A stretch of 64,000 bases of DNA, taken from the NCBI RefSeq assembly GCF_033153115.1, contig NW_026889750.1, positions 10,168,001 to 10,232,000 on the forward strand, read 5' to 3'. Positions 53,110 through 64,000 of the stretch are shown in pieces. The notes below the pieces were generated by a model. That model was not told the origin of the DNA, ran no database searches, and was given only the letters and a program-made list of their open reading frames with translations. The stretch's first letter is position 1; every line of letters starts with the position of its first letter. The position numbers were made by a program, and so were the translations under genes. Origin of the DNA: Saccostrea echinata (Eukaryota).

Positions 53110-54012
53110 CAAAAGCCTGAAAGGCTTCAATGACGTCGAAGAAGAAAAACAATTTCAAAAGATCATTTTGAATTTGAAGATAGCAATAAGTCAAGTGAGT
53201 GACTCAGGAGAAATAATAAAAAAATAGTTTTAAACAAAATATCAGAATTACAGTCTGGGGCCTTATGTCATGGTCCGAATGAAGCAGGGTTCGAATTGAC
53301 CAGACACCGTCGAACATGTTCATGCAAAATTCTTTTCAGTCAGCTGAAGAACTATGAAGGATTTCATGAATTTATATAATATTTTTTTCTAATTGCCAAT
53401 GTCAAAGCGTTGTATTAGTAATTGCATCTAAACTACAACCAAGACTGTCCTGTAACAATTACGATCGAGTTACGATCGGGCGTGGTATACGGTATACTGG
53501 GAAATGGAGGAAATAGAGAAATACAGTAATACTGGTCAATATCATCGGTTTTTAGGATAGAGTTGGTTAGAAGATTGTATAAGTAAAGCTAAGATTTAGA
53601 AATTCAATCTTTTTAGTCTTGTAGTATTCGTGTTTATGTAATTTTGTAATTATTTTACCTCCGTTGTGTTGTTTATGTTACACGGTTATCGTTCCGAAAT
53701 GTTATTCATGTCATTTAACGCACCCTTTCTGTAGAAATTCATCCGCAACAACCATCACGTTTTTCTTGAGTGAGAATAAAACATAATATTGTTGTTTTGC
53801 AATAGAATTAATTGCAGATATAATTGATGCAATTTTATTTTCAAGCTATTATTCATTGTGAGCGTTTTCAAAGAAATTGGTTTATAGCTATTGCTATTTT
53901 CTATTGCGGATGCATCGACTGACACATTCGGTCGCGTACATATCCGGTCGCGATTTCATACTGGGCGCTTGCTAGATGACGTTCGAGCTCCAAGAGCTCG
54001 ACGTCATAAAAA
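53110..54012 (-). mobile_element. Helentron-type non-autonomous element without satellite array
   Basis: AAGCCT-GAA-AGGCTT hairpin + ATGACGTCGA subTIR at left; ATGACGTTCGAGCTC-CAA-GAGCTCGACGTCAT palindrome + A-run at right; CpG-rich body. Confidence 0.7.
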
Positions 54013-54412
54013 TATACAAATGAATTCTTATAAGAAAATATATTAGAAAATGACACATTACATGTGTATAATACTAGCCTTGCATTCTTTTAATCACAAT
54101 TTTTAAGGCATTAATTTTGCTCATCTAACAAAACAATGAATAACAGATAATTTGTATATACTAGGTTAAAATCTGATGCCTTGCATAATTACCATTCATT
54201 GCATAACATGATGTATACATGGAAGTAAAAAACATTTTTTAAACTTAACAATTGATGCGATGTCCCATTTGTGCCTTCCAACACCAAAATTCCCTATCAA
54301 AAACAGTCATCAGAGAAGTTAATTGATAAGCTATTAATTTTTACAGTCTGAATTAAAGTTCACTTAAAAATGAAAAAGAATACTGGTCATCATTGATAAA
54401 GTACAAGTAATA

Positions 54413-54598
54413 CTGAATACAGGGAAATTTTCGCCGTTCTATTTCGTCCCTTTTGCCTTAAGACACAAGTGGGCGAATTTAAGACGGGGCGGATTCAAAG
54501 AAAACAGTATAATTTCTAAAACAAAACTGTGACTGGTCGAAATTAAACGGGCAAAATTGTTTGCAAGTGTGAAAGGGCGAAAATAACCCTGCATACAG
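54413..54598. mobile_element. 186-bp TA-flanked MITE
   Basis: CTGAATACAGGGAAATTTTCGCC vs GGCGAAAATAACCCTGCATACAG imperfect TIRs; internal GGGCGAA repeats. Confidence 0.75.
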
Positions 54599-55018
54599 TA
54601 TATGTACTAGTTGTTCAAAATTGTACATGTATTTGACAGAATCACAACCATTTCAAGCAGTATTAGGTACTTTTTATTTCATACATGTGTACCATTTTAG
54701 GGAACCTGAAAAGCAAATAGTGGCCCACAATATGAATGTGCAATTAACATTTTGACCTTGAACTCTGTTAAAATACAACACTTCTTCCTTTATAACCATC
54801 CTCTACCTATTTGCATATTCTTGCACCACATAAAAGTAACATATTGTTACTCAAGTTTTGACAGGCATATCAATAATTTTGACTTTTAAAATGATCTTTG
54901 ATCCAATATGGCACCAAAATATCTCTTGAATCTTCCTAATTACCCATCACACATCCATATTATCAAGAAAAAGTAAATTGGTAATAACATCACATAGAGT
55001 ACCTTTATAATGGTATAA

Positions 55019-55023
<5 letters not shown>

Positions 55024-55058
<35 letters not shown>
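55024..55058. repeat. (AG)n microsatellite in the probable ACSS3 3' UTR
   Basis: direct reading. Confidence 0.9.
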
Positions 55059-55061
<3 letters not shown>

Positions 55062-56133
55062 CTCTTGTAACAAAAGTTATGACATCAAAAGAGTGCCTTA
55101 GTTATGATACATATGACATAAAAATACAGCTGAACAGCTGAAAGAATATTTCACACAAATTAACATAACATTTTTTATCCCAGTCACGCCAGTGTAAAAC
55201 ACAAACACACAGATTATATTCAGTTTTGAGATTTCATGCCATATCTGGACAAGATTAATTGCAATGAGAAGATCTTTTGAAATCAATAATGGGTAGGGGC
55301 AAGGTGGACAAAAAGGGTGGAAGGGGATAAAAGTGTGGGAGGGAGGCTGTAAAACAGGGGACATGAAAAGATAAGGGGTGTTTGAAGATAACAAGAGAGA
55401 TGAAAAGGACAGGTGAAGGTTTCCTGCACACCTGTGTATATATAAGTAGATGTTGTTTACAAAATGACATTATATTATGAATAATAAAAGTATTAAATTG
55501 TCTCAATATTGTAAAAGTGGATATAAATGTACGCATATTAGTTGCAAAAAAAAAAAAAACAACAACAACAAAACAAAAAAATAAACATACATATGAGGTT
55601 AATTTGGCTATACTAGGATGATAATCTATTGTTATTGTATAAATTATGAATTAAGACCTTGGTAAGGGGTTTGATGGGTGGGGTGAGGTTGGGGCATGGC
55701 TATTTCTGCAAAAGCCATCTTATCACATACATGTATTACATGTAGCTTAAATAAGCCCCATGTGTAAATTTCCATGTTTCCAATAAACATCTACATAATA
55801 TGCGATCTTTAGAAAAGTAATGGTCTATTTCTGGAAGACTAGATAAATCTGAAAAAGTGTATGACACACATTAACATGTATAAAATCTGATTATCATAAC
55901 AAACCCAGAATAAAATACACTAAATATACAGTGACTACTTATAGGATTATAGATAATAACATACATTGCCCTAGCATGCAGATAACATTACTTCAACCAA
56001 ACCAATTCTATAGACATTCAATAAGTCTGAGTTAAAATTATTTTGTCATGGACATCTTCCAATGCTGCTTTTTCCTCGGTGCTCTAGTATGGTGTATAGT
56101 AGTTCACATAGCCACACATATTGTCAGTGGACT

Positions 56134-56223
56134 TTATTGAGGATTACCCACAGTAAATCCTGCGTCTTCAAATGCCACCTTTAGTTTAGAATAAACATCA
56201 GGGTCCTCTAGAGTGGCTGGTAT
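56134..56223 (-). CDS. ACSS3: ACSS3-like acyl-CoA synthetase, last coding exon
   Basis: IPATLEDPDVYSKLKVAFEDAGFTVGNPQ*; tttgtag acceptor; T(L/I)EDP C-terminal motif. Confidence 0.92.
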   Translation of the reverse strand: MPATLEDPDVYSKLKVAFEDAGFTVGNPQ

Positions 56224-56809
56224 CTACAAAAATACAAAACTTAGCTACAGCATGTTAAAATTTAATTCATTTTCTTTTGTAAACCTTCTATATTTACAGC
56301 AAATATAAGGAAATAAATTGCTATCATTTTATAGGCTTACTTTCTGTAAAATATCATACATCTATTTCTGCTTTTGTATTGCAGAGGATATACATGTATA
56401 TCAATATATTATTATCTAAATTTGAAGATACCAGTACATGGATTAGTTAAGTAATGCTTTCAGAGCTAACTATTATTTTTTTCCCCTGCAACTCATCAGA
56501 AAACATTGATATATAAAATCTGCAGTTGTATAAATATAACAGTTACTGTATATGAAGTAATAATCATAACAGGATAGGTTAAATGTGCAAAAACACAACA
56601 ACAAAAAACAAACAAGGTTAGTAAAGATATTACTTATATCTGAGGGAAATTAGCAATTCTATTTTTCATTTTTTTTGTATGTTTGTTTTTTATGAAAAAA
56701 ATTCATTATGCATTTAAAAAAGCTTTAATTTTCTCTCAAAATTTATTTTCCATTCAGCCATATTATACTCCATGCAAAACTATATATATCATAAAGAATG
56801 ATATTAAAT

Positions 56810-57576
56810 AATTAGAAATATGTCCATAGGACATGAATGCCCCGCCAAGGGTATATTAGTAATGCAACATGAAAATTTTATGAGTGTATGAAGTTTGATG
56901 AAAATATCTTGAAAATTTTTTCTTTAAAACTGAAATTGAAATCTAAAAAATTGGATATTATAGATGATAAATTTTCACCGATGTAGATGATAAATTCTCA
57001 CTAAATTATATTAAGTGCATAAGCTTACATAAAAATATCTTAAATGGTTTCTTTAAAAGTAAGCAAAATGCAAATTCAAGAAAAGTGAGGTCAAAGTCAA
57101 AGGAAAGTTAAGGTCAAAAGTTTTTGATGCAGTTGAATAGCTGTCACTAAACGTATCAGCATATGAAGTTTGATAAAATATTTTGAATGGTTTATTTAAA
57201 ACTGAGCTAAACACTAATTTAAGAAAAGTGAGGTCAAGGTCAAAAATGTTGATGCAGTTTAATAGCTTACTTCAGTATGTAACAGCATATGCAGTTTGAT
57301 TACACTATCTTGAATGGTTTCCTAAAAACTGAGCTAAACATTAATTTAAGAAAAGTGAGGTCAAGGTCAAAGGAAAGGTCAAGGTCAAAAAATGTTGATG
57401 CAGTTGAAAAGCTGACATCAGTATGTATCAGCATATGAAGTTTGATAAAATATTCTTGAACAGTTTCTTTGAAACTGAGCTTTGAACTGAGCTAAACGCA
57501 AAGCATGATGGAAGGATGGAAGACGGACATGACAAACACTATATGCCCCTGCCATATTCATGACAGGGCATAAAAA
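56810..57576 (-). mobile_element. HINE-like element with AGGTCAAGGTCAA-type tandem monomers in the last ACSS3 intron
   Basis: ATGTCC-ATA-GGACAT hairpin + ATGCCCC; other end GGAC repeat, ATGCCCCTGCCAT..ATGACAGGGCAT palindrome + A-run; same plan as 36383-37789. Confidence 0.75.
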
Positions 57577-58567
57577 TATATAGATATATTCATGCAATGT
57601 ATAACCATGTCAGTGTTAGTGAAGAAAATAAAACAGAATGAAAAATTAATTGTTCCAATCTAAAAAAAAAAAATTGATAAATAAAGAAAATAAAATTAGT
57701 ATGCTGCAAGCAACCCGAAAAATGCACACACTAACTCATACAGGCAGATTAATGTATATCTGTATATATTAAAAATATTTCAGAAAAATGTTAAACCATT
57801 CACAGAGTCAGCTAAATTTTTTGAAACACAGATCAAGTTAATGCTAAATAAAGGCAGTGTTAGTGCTGCTTCATTACTGTTTGGCATAGCCAATCTGTTG
57901 TAGAGCATCCCTGATGTATGGATACACAGTGTCATCCTCAATGGTTACAGGAATCTACAAAAGGGGACAAAATCATACCTCATCAATTTTGTGAATTCTT
58001 TTTCCCTTACAGTAGCAGTCAAACTATGGAAACACTTTTCATAAGCAGCACTTTTGGCATTTGGCTTCTTAGAAGCTCACTTTTTGGAAGACTACTATGA
58101 AAATGGATTTTCTCATAAAACTTAAAGTTGGATACTCATCCGAGAAAAAAAAAACAGTTGGATGTAGCAACCAAACCATGACTGGAAGTAAACATCTCTA
58201 CATATACATGCATCATCCATGCTGGTTTGGACACATAGGTTTAAGGCAATTGACCTTCTTCAAAAACTTAAACCTGATCATTTAGGCATAAAAGCTGCAA
58301 AAGAAACATGCATGGCAGTAAGTATCCCTAGCTGCATTTTTCTAATGCAAGTCTGGTGCAGGTAATAGCTTATAATTTATTACTTAAGAATGGACCTGCT
58401 CTATAAACTTAAACACACAACTAGGAAATATAACTAAGATTTAGCATTTGAAAATTTTGTAAGCATCCCTAGACGCACCTTCTCTGAGAACTGAGTTAGT
58501 ATTTAAGGTTACTTATTAAATTGGATGCTCCTAAAACGCAATCCATGTTGAGATAAGCAAAAAAAAA

Positions 58568-58596
<29 letters not shown>

Positions 58597-58598
<2 letters not shown>

Positions 58599-59257
58599 CT
58601 AGAGGCCCATTGGGTCTTAAGGGTCACGTGCGTACCATGAGTTTGTAAAGCTAGAGTCATTTTGGCCACCTTGAACTGAAACTCTGGATTCATGTAGGGG
58701 GGCTAGCTGCTCATTATAATCAGGCAAACAATTTGCCTATTGGGTGACCATGAGTAAATGAAAAAGATTTTCAATCAATGACCAACTTAGCCCCACTCTG
58801 AGATTTGAATCATAGGTCAGGGGGGACTGAAATTTGGAGCCCTTGGGGAATATGATTTTTCTTGGCAGAATAAATCTTAATATTTCCCTCATAATCATGC
58901 AATAAATGCATTTTCAATATTTGACCAAATTAGCTCCACTCTTGAGCCTGAATCCAGAGGCCATGAATTTCAAACATTTGGTAGAGTTCATAATCATGCC
59001 AACAGTTTGACTGCTTGAGAAAGATTTTTGAAAAAAAGCATCATTTCTTATAATTTTGTCCCCATCCCGCAGACCTAGGAAGGCAGAGACCAATGTTCTC
59101 CTTTGCTCATAGATCCTATATACCAAACTTGCTTGATACTGGTTTATCTGTTTCAGAGAAGAAGCTGAAAAATATTGAAATATTAATGCAATGGACAAAG
59201 ACAAATGGAAACAGATAGCAACCAGTCACCTTTGTGACTTACTTGACCTAAAAAAAA
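58597..59257 (-). mobile_element. Degenerate HINE
   Basis: AACTAGAGGCCCATTGGGTCTT + GGTCAC head and decayed GTCACC...TGACCTAAAA end. Confidence 0.6.
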
Positions 59258-59596
59258 TAGCATTTTTATATATAAGTTCAACTACACATTTCCAACCAAT
59301 GACTTTGAACGTACTTGACTTGCTTCAGGGTCAAGTACATATAAAATATCTTGGTTAGGAGTATTTTTCTAATGTTTCACAGACACAAACACATAATCTG
59401 GGATAACTTTAACTTGAAAAAAAAACAAAACAAAAAAACTTGTGCATAAGTTGTGACATGTAAACTGGTCATCTTTGTTTCAGTCAGGAACCTCTCATAT
59501 TCTTTTCACCTTGATATGAAAAGACAAACATGGTGTTTCCTCCAAAACTTTTTAAGGGGAGGGAGGATATAAATAAACTTTATATTTCTTGCTCAC

Positions 59597-59772
59597 TTTG
59601 AAAGGCTGTCCAGCTGCCATGAGAGCTATGGTACTACGAGCTATCTTTCCAGCTCGAGTCTTTGGTAGCTTGGGGACGATGACTGCGAGCTTGAAGGCTG
59701 CCACTGGTCCTATGTTTGTTCTCACTACATCTCTGACATGATCTAAAACTTCATCTGCAGACTTATGCACTC
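59597..59772 (-). CDS. ACSS3: ACSS3 exon (A10 catalytic-lysine motif)
   Basis: GVHKSADEVLDHVRDVVRTNIGPVAAFKLAVIVPKLPKTRAGKIARSTIALMAAGQPFK; aacag / gtgagc. Confidence 0.95.
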
Positions 59773-60185
59773 CTGTTCAAGTGAAGAAAACTCATTATTG
59801 TAAATAGTATTTTTTTCTACCTCAATATAACATAAATATTTGACTTCAGTGGAAAAAAAATGAATCCACTTAACTTTAAGATTCTATAAATGACCAAACT
59901 GGCAAAAACTAAGCAGCAGAAATTACTGATAAATATTGTAAATATTTTCAAAGAGCAAATAAAAATCTATGCAATAAAACAACTTATGATTCTGCACTAG
60001 AACATCATTCTTACACTGGAAATCATATATCAGAAGAACACTGCCAGTTCTGCCTTAACCCTTAGAACTATCACAAGTACGTTCAGCAACTCAGAATTCT
60101 CAATCACTCAAAAGTAAAAATGAGAACGTTTTTCCAACAATTTGTTATTATTTCTATAGTAGCACTTCTATTCCAATAACTGTTA

Positions 60186-60722
60186 ACTTACCATGTTTAA
60201 GTATACATAGTCCCAGGAGTACCTTTGAGGGTGCATGGTAGACACTGTGTACTTACCATATTTTAGTAAACACAGTCCCAGGGGTACCTGTCCTTTGAGG
60301 GTGTGTGGTAGACTCTGTGTACTTACCATGTTTCAGTATACACGGTCCCAGGGGCACCTGTCCTTTGAGGGTGTGTGGTAGACACTGTGTACTTACCATG
60401 CTTTAGTACACACAGTCCCAGGGGAACCTGTCCTTTGAGGGTGTGTGGTAGACTCTGTGTACTTACCATATTTTAGTACACACAGTCCCAGGGGCACCTG
60501 TCCTTTGGGAGTGTGTGGTAGACACTGTGTACTTACCATGTTTTAGTACACACAGTCTTAGGGGCACCTGTCCTTTGAGGGTGTGTGGTAGACTCTGTGT
60601 ACTTACCATGCTTTAGTACACACAGTCCCAGGGGCACCTGTCCTTTGAGGGTGTGTGGTAGACACTGTGTACTTACCATGTTTTAGTACACACAGTCCTA
60701 GGGGCACCTGTCCTTTGAGGGT
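60186..60722 (-). repeat. 70-bp minisatellite, 8 copies of the exon 3' end plus 5' splice site
   Basis: ACTTACCAT at 60186, 60251, 60321, 60391, 60461, 60531, 60601, 60671. Confidence 0.97.
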
Positions 60723-60776
60723 GTCAGGTATTCCCACCACTGCCACCTCTGCTATATCCTCACTTGTCATGATTGC
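60677..60776 (-). CDS. ACSS3: ACSS3 exon
   Basis: AIMTSEDIAEVAVVGIPDTLKGQVPLGLCVLKH(G); ctag acceptor; only the first GTAAGT donor keeps frame with the next exon. Confidence 0.92.
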
Positions 60777-60925
60777 CTAGATACAAGTAGATATAGAAAC
60801 AAGATTTAGATTACTTTCACAATTAAACTTTAAGAATACATTGACATTAAACTTTTTAAATTGTTTTGGCAGACATTACTATGTCTATTTAAATGAACAT
60901 TATTTCAGGTATTAAAAGCTTGCAC

Positions 60926-61048
60926 CTCTTCTATTGCACCAGTAGAGAGTCTGTGGCCAGCCACATTGATGACATCATCACTTCTTGCCATGACATAAAC
61001 ATAGCCTTCTCCATCTTTATAGCCTGCATCCATGGTGTCATAGTAGCC
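60926..61048 (-). CDS. ACSS3: ACSS3 exon
   Basis: GYYDTMDAGYKDGEGYVYVMARSDDVINVAGHRLSTGAIEE; YYDTMDAG is characteristic of ACSS3. Confidence 0.96.
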
Positions 61049-61955
61049 CTATAATGACAGAAGACAACTATATAAGGATCACCAAATTATCATATCACTC
61101 ATTACATTACAACCCATCTTGTTGATAACTTTCCATGTGCAAAATTTCCCTTGAAATACATGAAAACTCTACCAACCAATATCCATAATACTTACGAATC
61201 TTGAAAATCTTGCCCCCACCCCCTATCTTTAAAAACTAAGCAACTAAATTTTTAATTTCAGCATCTGTAGATTTGCTCTACTATTAAAACTCCACAACCC
61301 CAAATTTTATCTTTGAGTAATAAGGAACACTTCTAATGTAAACATTTTAATTTCTCTGAAAATCGGTCTCAACAAATACAATGTACCTAATCACTTGCCT
61401 GTGTTCAAATCTACATGAAAACTCTATCTTGGAGACCTCTGCTATTTTGCATCAGCAACAATTTTCTGACAGAATTTGAGAAAATAATGATTTGTGTCAA
61501 GAATTTTCTACAAGTAAATGATGTCATATGCTTGCAGGAAAATCCTGTCTAGTTCCATAAAGATGCTAAGGCTGTGTATTTCTTAATCACCCTTGTACTT
61601 CATTTGTTCAATACTTATAAAATGCGAAGAAATACATGCATCGTTTACAAACTATGAAATGTGTTTTTTAGCTAAAATCCAGAGCAGAAGGTTTCAGAAT
61701 ATCCCTACAAGGTCTTTTTAATTAATTATTACTAATTAATAGTTAAATAGATCCAGTTAAGAAGTGAGTTAGTCTGTAACAGAGCTTAAGTCAGTCTTAA
61801 AAAAAAGTGTAAATGCATAAATTCACATAAATTTCTGTAAATATTTCTTCATTTTCTATTTCTTTGCTGATACATGAACTGTGATACATGTACTGGTACT
61901 GTATACCCCCCACCCCCTTCCAATCATTCCTGATAAACAGAAAATAAAAACATAC

Positions 61956-62037
61956 TGGTTTGCTTTCGAAATAAGTCTTTTTGAATCGTTCCTCATTTTT
62001 CCACAGAGTACTAAATGCTCCAGGTGGCAAAGGCAGC
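61956..62037 (-). CDS. ACSS3: ACSS3 exon
   Basis: (K)LPLPPGAFSTLWKNEERFKKTYFESKP; catag / gtatgt. Confidence 0.95.
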
Positions 62038-62186
62038 CTATGAAAAGAAAATTTTTAACTTCACACCACAGTATCTTCCAAATGGATGTGCACTCTTTCA
62101 TCAAACAAAATATGTTACCTCTAAAACTTTAATACACATTACATAGTATATGAAAGTTGACTGTATATGATCTATTCCAGACCTAC

Positions 62187-62250
62187 TTGACAACAATGTC
62201 TCCCAGCTCACCAGTGGAAGCCTGTGAGAAGTCTTTCCTTAAAACCTGAA
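62187..62250 (-). CDS. ACSS3: ACSS3 exon
   Basis: (V)QVLRKDFSQASTGELGDIVV(K); tatag / gtaggt; phases fit both neighbours. Confidence 0.9.
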
Positions 62251-62589
62251 CTATAAAGAAAACAACAAGAGGCCTATATATGGATCACAACACTCACCTA
62301 AGTCTCATTTATCATCCTGACAATATGAGAATGTAAATAAATAAAAATTATAGCCATCCACTTGAAGTCCACCATTTCAACAACTTTGACAGTATCTGAA
62401 GGCTTACATGAAGTTTACAAATTGTAGTCTTGTGTTCCAGCCTAAGTCTATATAATTCTGAATAAAACTTTGCATCCCCTTTGTATTCCAACTCTTGTCC
62501 AAGCCTGGGTCATAATTTCATTCCAACAAACTTGAAGCTACACAACATAGGAATGCTTGCAATTTTCTGGTCTTGAAATGATTTTTCCT

Positions 62590-62945
62590 ACATATTCTGT
62601 TTGTAGCCCGCCATTTGATTGGATGAAAAATTTACTTTATATCATATAAACTGTGTTGCCTACATCACAATGACTTGCGTCCCCCTGATGTTACATTTAA
62701 ATTTTGTGCAATTTGAAGTCATCTTAAGGACAGTTAATTGTCTTATTTTCTTACACTAGTTAATGAATGAAAATTAAATTATACGGAATGAATAAATTTA
62801 ATTGATACCCTATATATACAGTAAAAACTGGGTTAGAGCAGTTTACGCTTTTCTATAAACTGCTTCACAGTTTATAGAGCATAAACTGTCCCAACCCAGT
62901 TTATACTGTATAAATTGGGTAGCTATTAAATTCATTTCCTTAAAT
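62590..62945. mobile_element. Hairpin-terminated element (imperfect ~140-bp palindrome 62795-62932)
   Basis: TATACAGTAAAAACTGGGTT...CTATAAACTG-CTTCA-CAGTTTATAG...AACCCAGTTTATACTGTATA; interrupts a satellite monomer; ends approximate. Confidence 0.65.
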
Positions 62946-63092
62946 AATGAATTTTGAGGGCCATGACTTAATCATATCCAACCAATTCCCAATAAGGAAG
63001 CTTTCACATAAATTTTGTCTCTCTTGTTCAGTGGTTCACAAGATGAAGATGTTTAAATGACCCTTCTCATTTTGAACTTCTTAATTATCCCA

Positions 63093-63629
63093 CAGACTTG
63101 TCGAAATTTTGAAATCACTGTCAGAAATTTGGTCTGACAAAGTCAAATGTTCTGTCAGACCGGATGAAGTTTTGTCAGACCAGATACATGTGCCTTATTT
63201 TGATGCTGAGAAAAGAAAATGAATAACAGCACCAGAATGCCCTTTATTATTTTCAACAGCCTTCAGTCTCACAAGTTTCTTTTCTTAGGATAGAGAGTCT
63301 TTAATAAGAGACATAAATGACATATTTTATGTCTTTGCTGTAACAAATTCAATTGACCATTGTCACCACGCCGATCATGTGGCCATCTTTTCTGTGTTTG
63401 CACAGGAGTCGGCAGTTTTATCAATAAATTCTCGTTTATTGATAAAACGGCCGACTCCTGTGGTGTTTGTGACCTTTAGTTGCATATCCCGATCCCGACC
63501 ATTTTTAAATCTGCGTCACGCTCGACTTTTTTCAAACGGTCATTTGGACCGACATTTTCTTAAAAGTTATCAGTCCAGACAAATTTTTACCAGCCTTGCC
63601 TACAGGACCGACGGATTTCGACAAGTCTG
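63093..63629. mobile_element. 537-bp MITE, 15-bp perfect TIR, 6-bp TSD
   Basis: CAGACTTGTCGAAAT / ATTTCGACAAGTCTG; ATCCCA at 63087-92 and 63630-35. Confidence 0.9.
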
Positions 63630-63931
63630 ATCCCATTGGTTTGGTCTGTGAATAAACTTGAGTCTCCTTCACTGAAGAATGCTTTGAGTCAAGTTTGGTT
63701 CAAATTGGTCCAGTGGTTTCACAAAAGAGGTCAAAAAAATTATAGATGACTTGTGACATAGACAGACAGCTTTCTTTGATCAGAAAATCTAAGTTATACC
63801 GAAGGTGAGCTGAAAACCACAATATCTGCTATATAGAGAAATCAAAAAAAAAATTCTGAGTCACTTATTGTAGTTGACAAGCTAGACAATGACTCATTAC
63901 TTTTGATATTTCTTAAGTAATTATTTTTTAC

Positions 63932-64000
63932 CATTCCAGCCTGGTACAGATTTGCCAGCAGCCCCTGAGGGTGGGGACAAGGACATATTTAACCCTGCAC
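63932..64000 (-). CDS. ACSS3: ACSS3 exon (partial; gene continues beyond the window)
   Basis: ...AGLNMSLSPPSGAAGKSVPGWN(V); gtaaaa donor; resembles ACSS3 PPPGQAGKSVPGYNV. Confidence 0.9.

Larger units (their letters stand above)
62264..63816 (-). mobile_element. Degenerate HINE hosting two nested insertions
   Basis: AACAAGAGGCC...CACTCACCT head, satellite remnant, AGACAGACAG...GATCAGAAAA...GGTGAGCT end; same family as 50764-52003. Confidence 0.75.

Noticed and set aside
60186-60722. CRISPR-like array, or a Dscam-like mutually exclusive exon cluster
   Set aside because: No unique spacers and the DNA is eukaryotic; copies lack the exon's 5' half and acceptor, and carry non-synonymous changes and a 5-nt deletion
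63379-63630. 83-aa ORF as a transposase remnant
   Set aside because: Inside a 537-bp MITE, runs into the TIR, no transposase motif

Overview
AT-rich eukaryotic genomic DNA. The repeat landscape (Helentron-type non-autonomous elements carrying ~140-170 bp satellite arrays) suggests a bivalve, probably an oyster; this is inference. Three spliced genes were reconstructed by hand, and almost all entries in the ORF track are spurious. (1) A 5-exon ephrin on + (CDS 13746-34061, 297 aa, 18.9 kb first intron) with signal peptide, 4-Cys receptor-binding domain, Thr/Ser/Pro mucin-like stalk and GPI-type C-terminus. (2) Myotrophin/MTPN on + (4 exons, 44299-48990, 117 aa). (3) The last seven coding exons of ACSS3 on - (64000 down to 56134). 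The left ~36 kb is poor in recognisable TEs and CpG-depleted; the right ~28 kb is dense with nested non-autonomous DNA transposons. Most notable: an 8-copy 70-bp tandem array in ACSS3 that repeats the exon end plus its GTAAGT donor, with seven of the eight donors sitting in a predicted stem-loop; a 664-bp element with a 63-bp-arm hairpin and a tRNA-Met-derived Pol III cassette, inserted into the TIR of a Kolobok-like element in an MTPN intron; the GPI/mucin ephrin architecture; and clusters of RFX X-box-like palindromes. I found nothing I can firmly call a new biological system; these are candidates to check.
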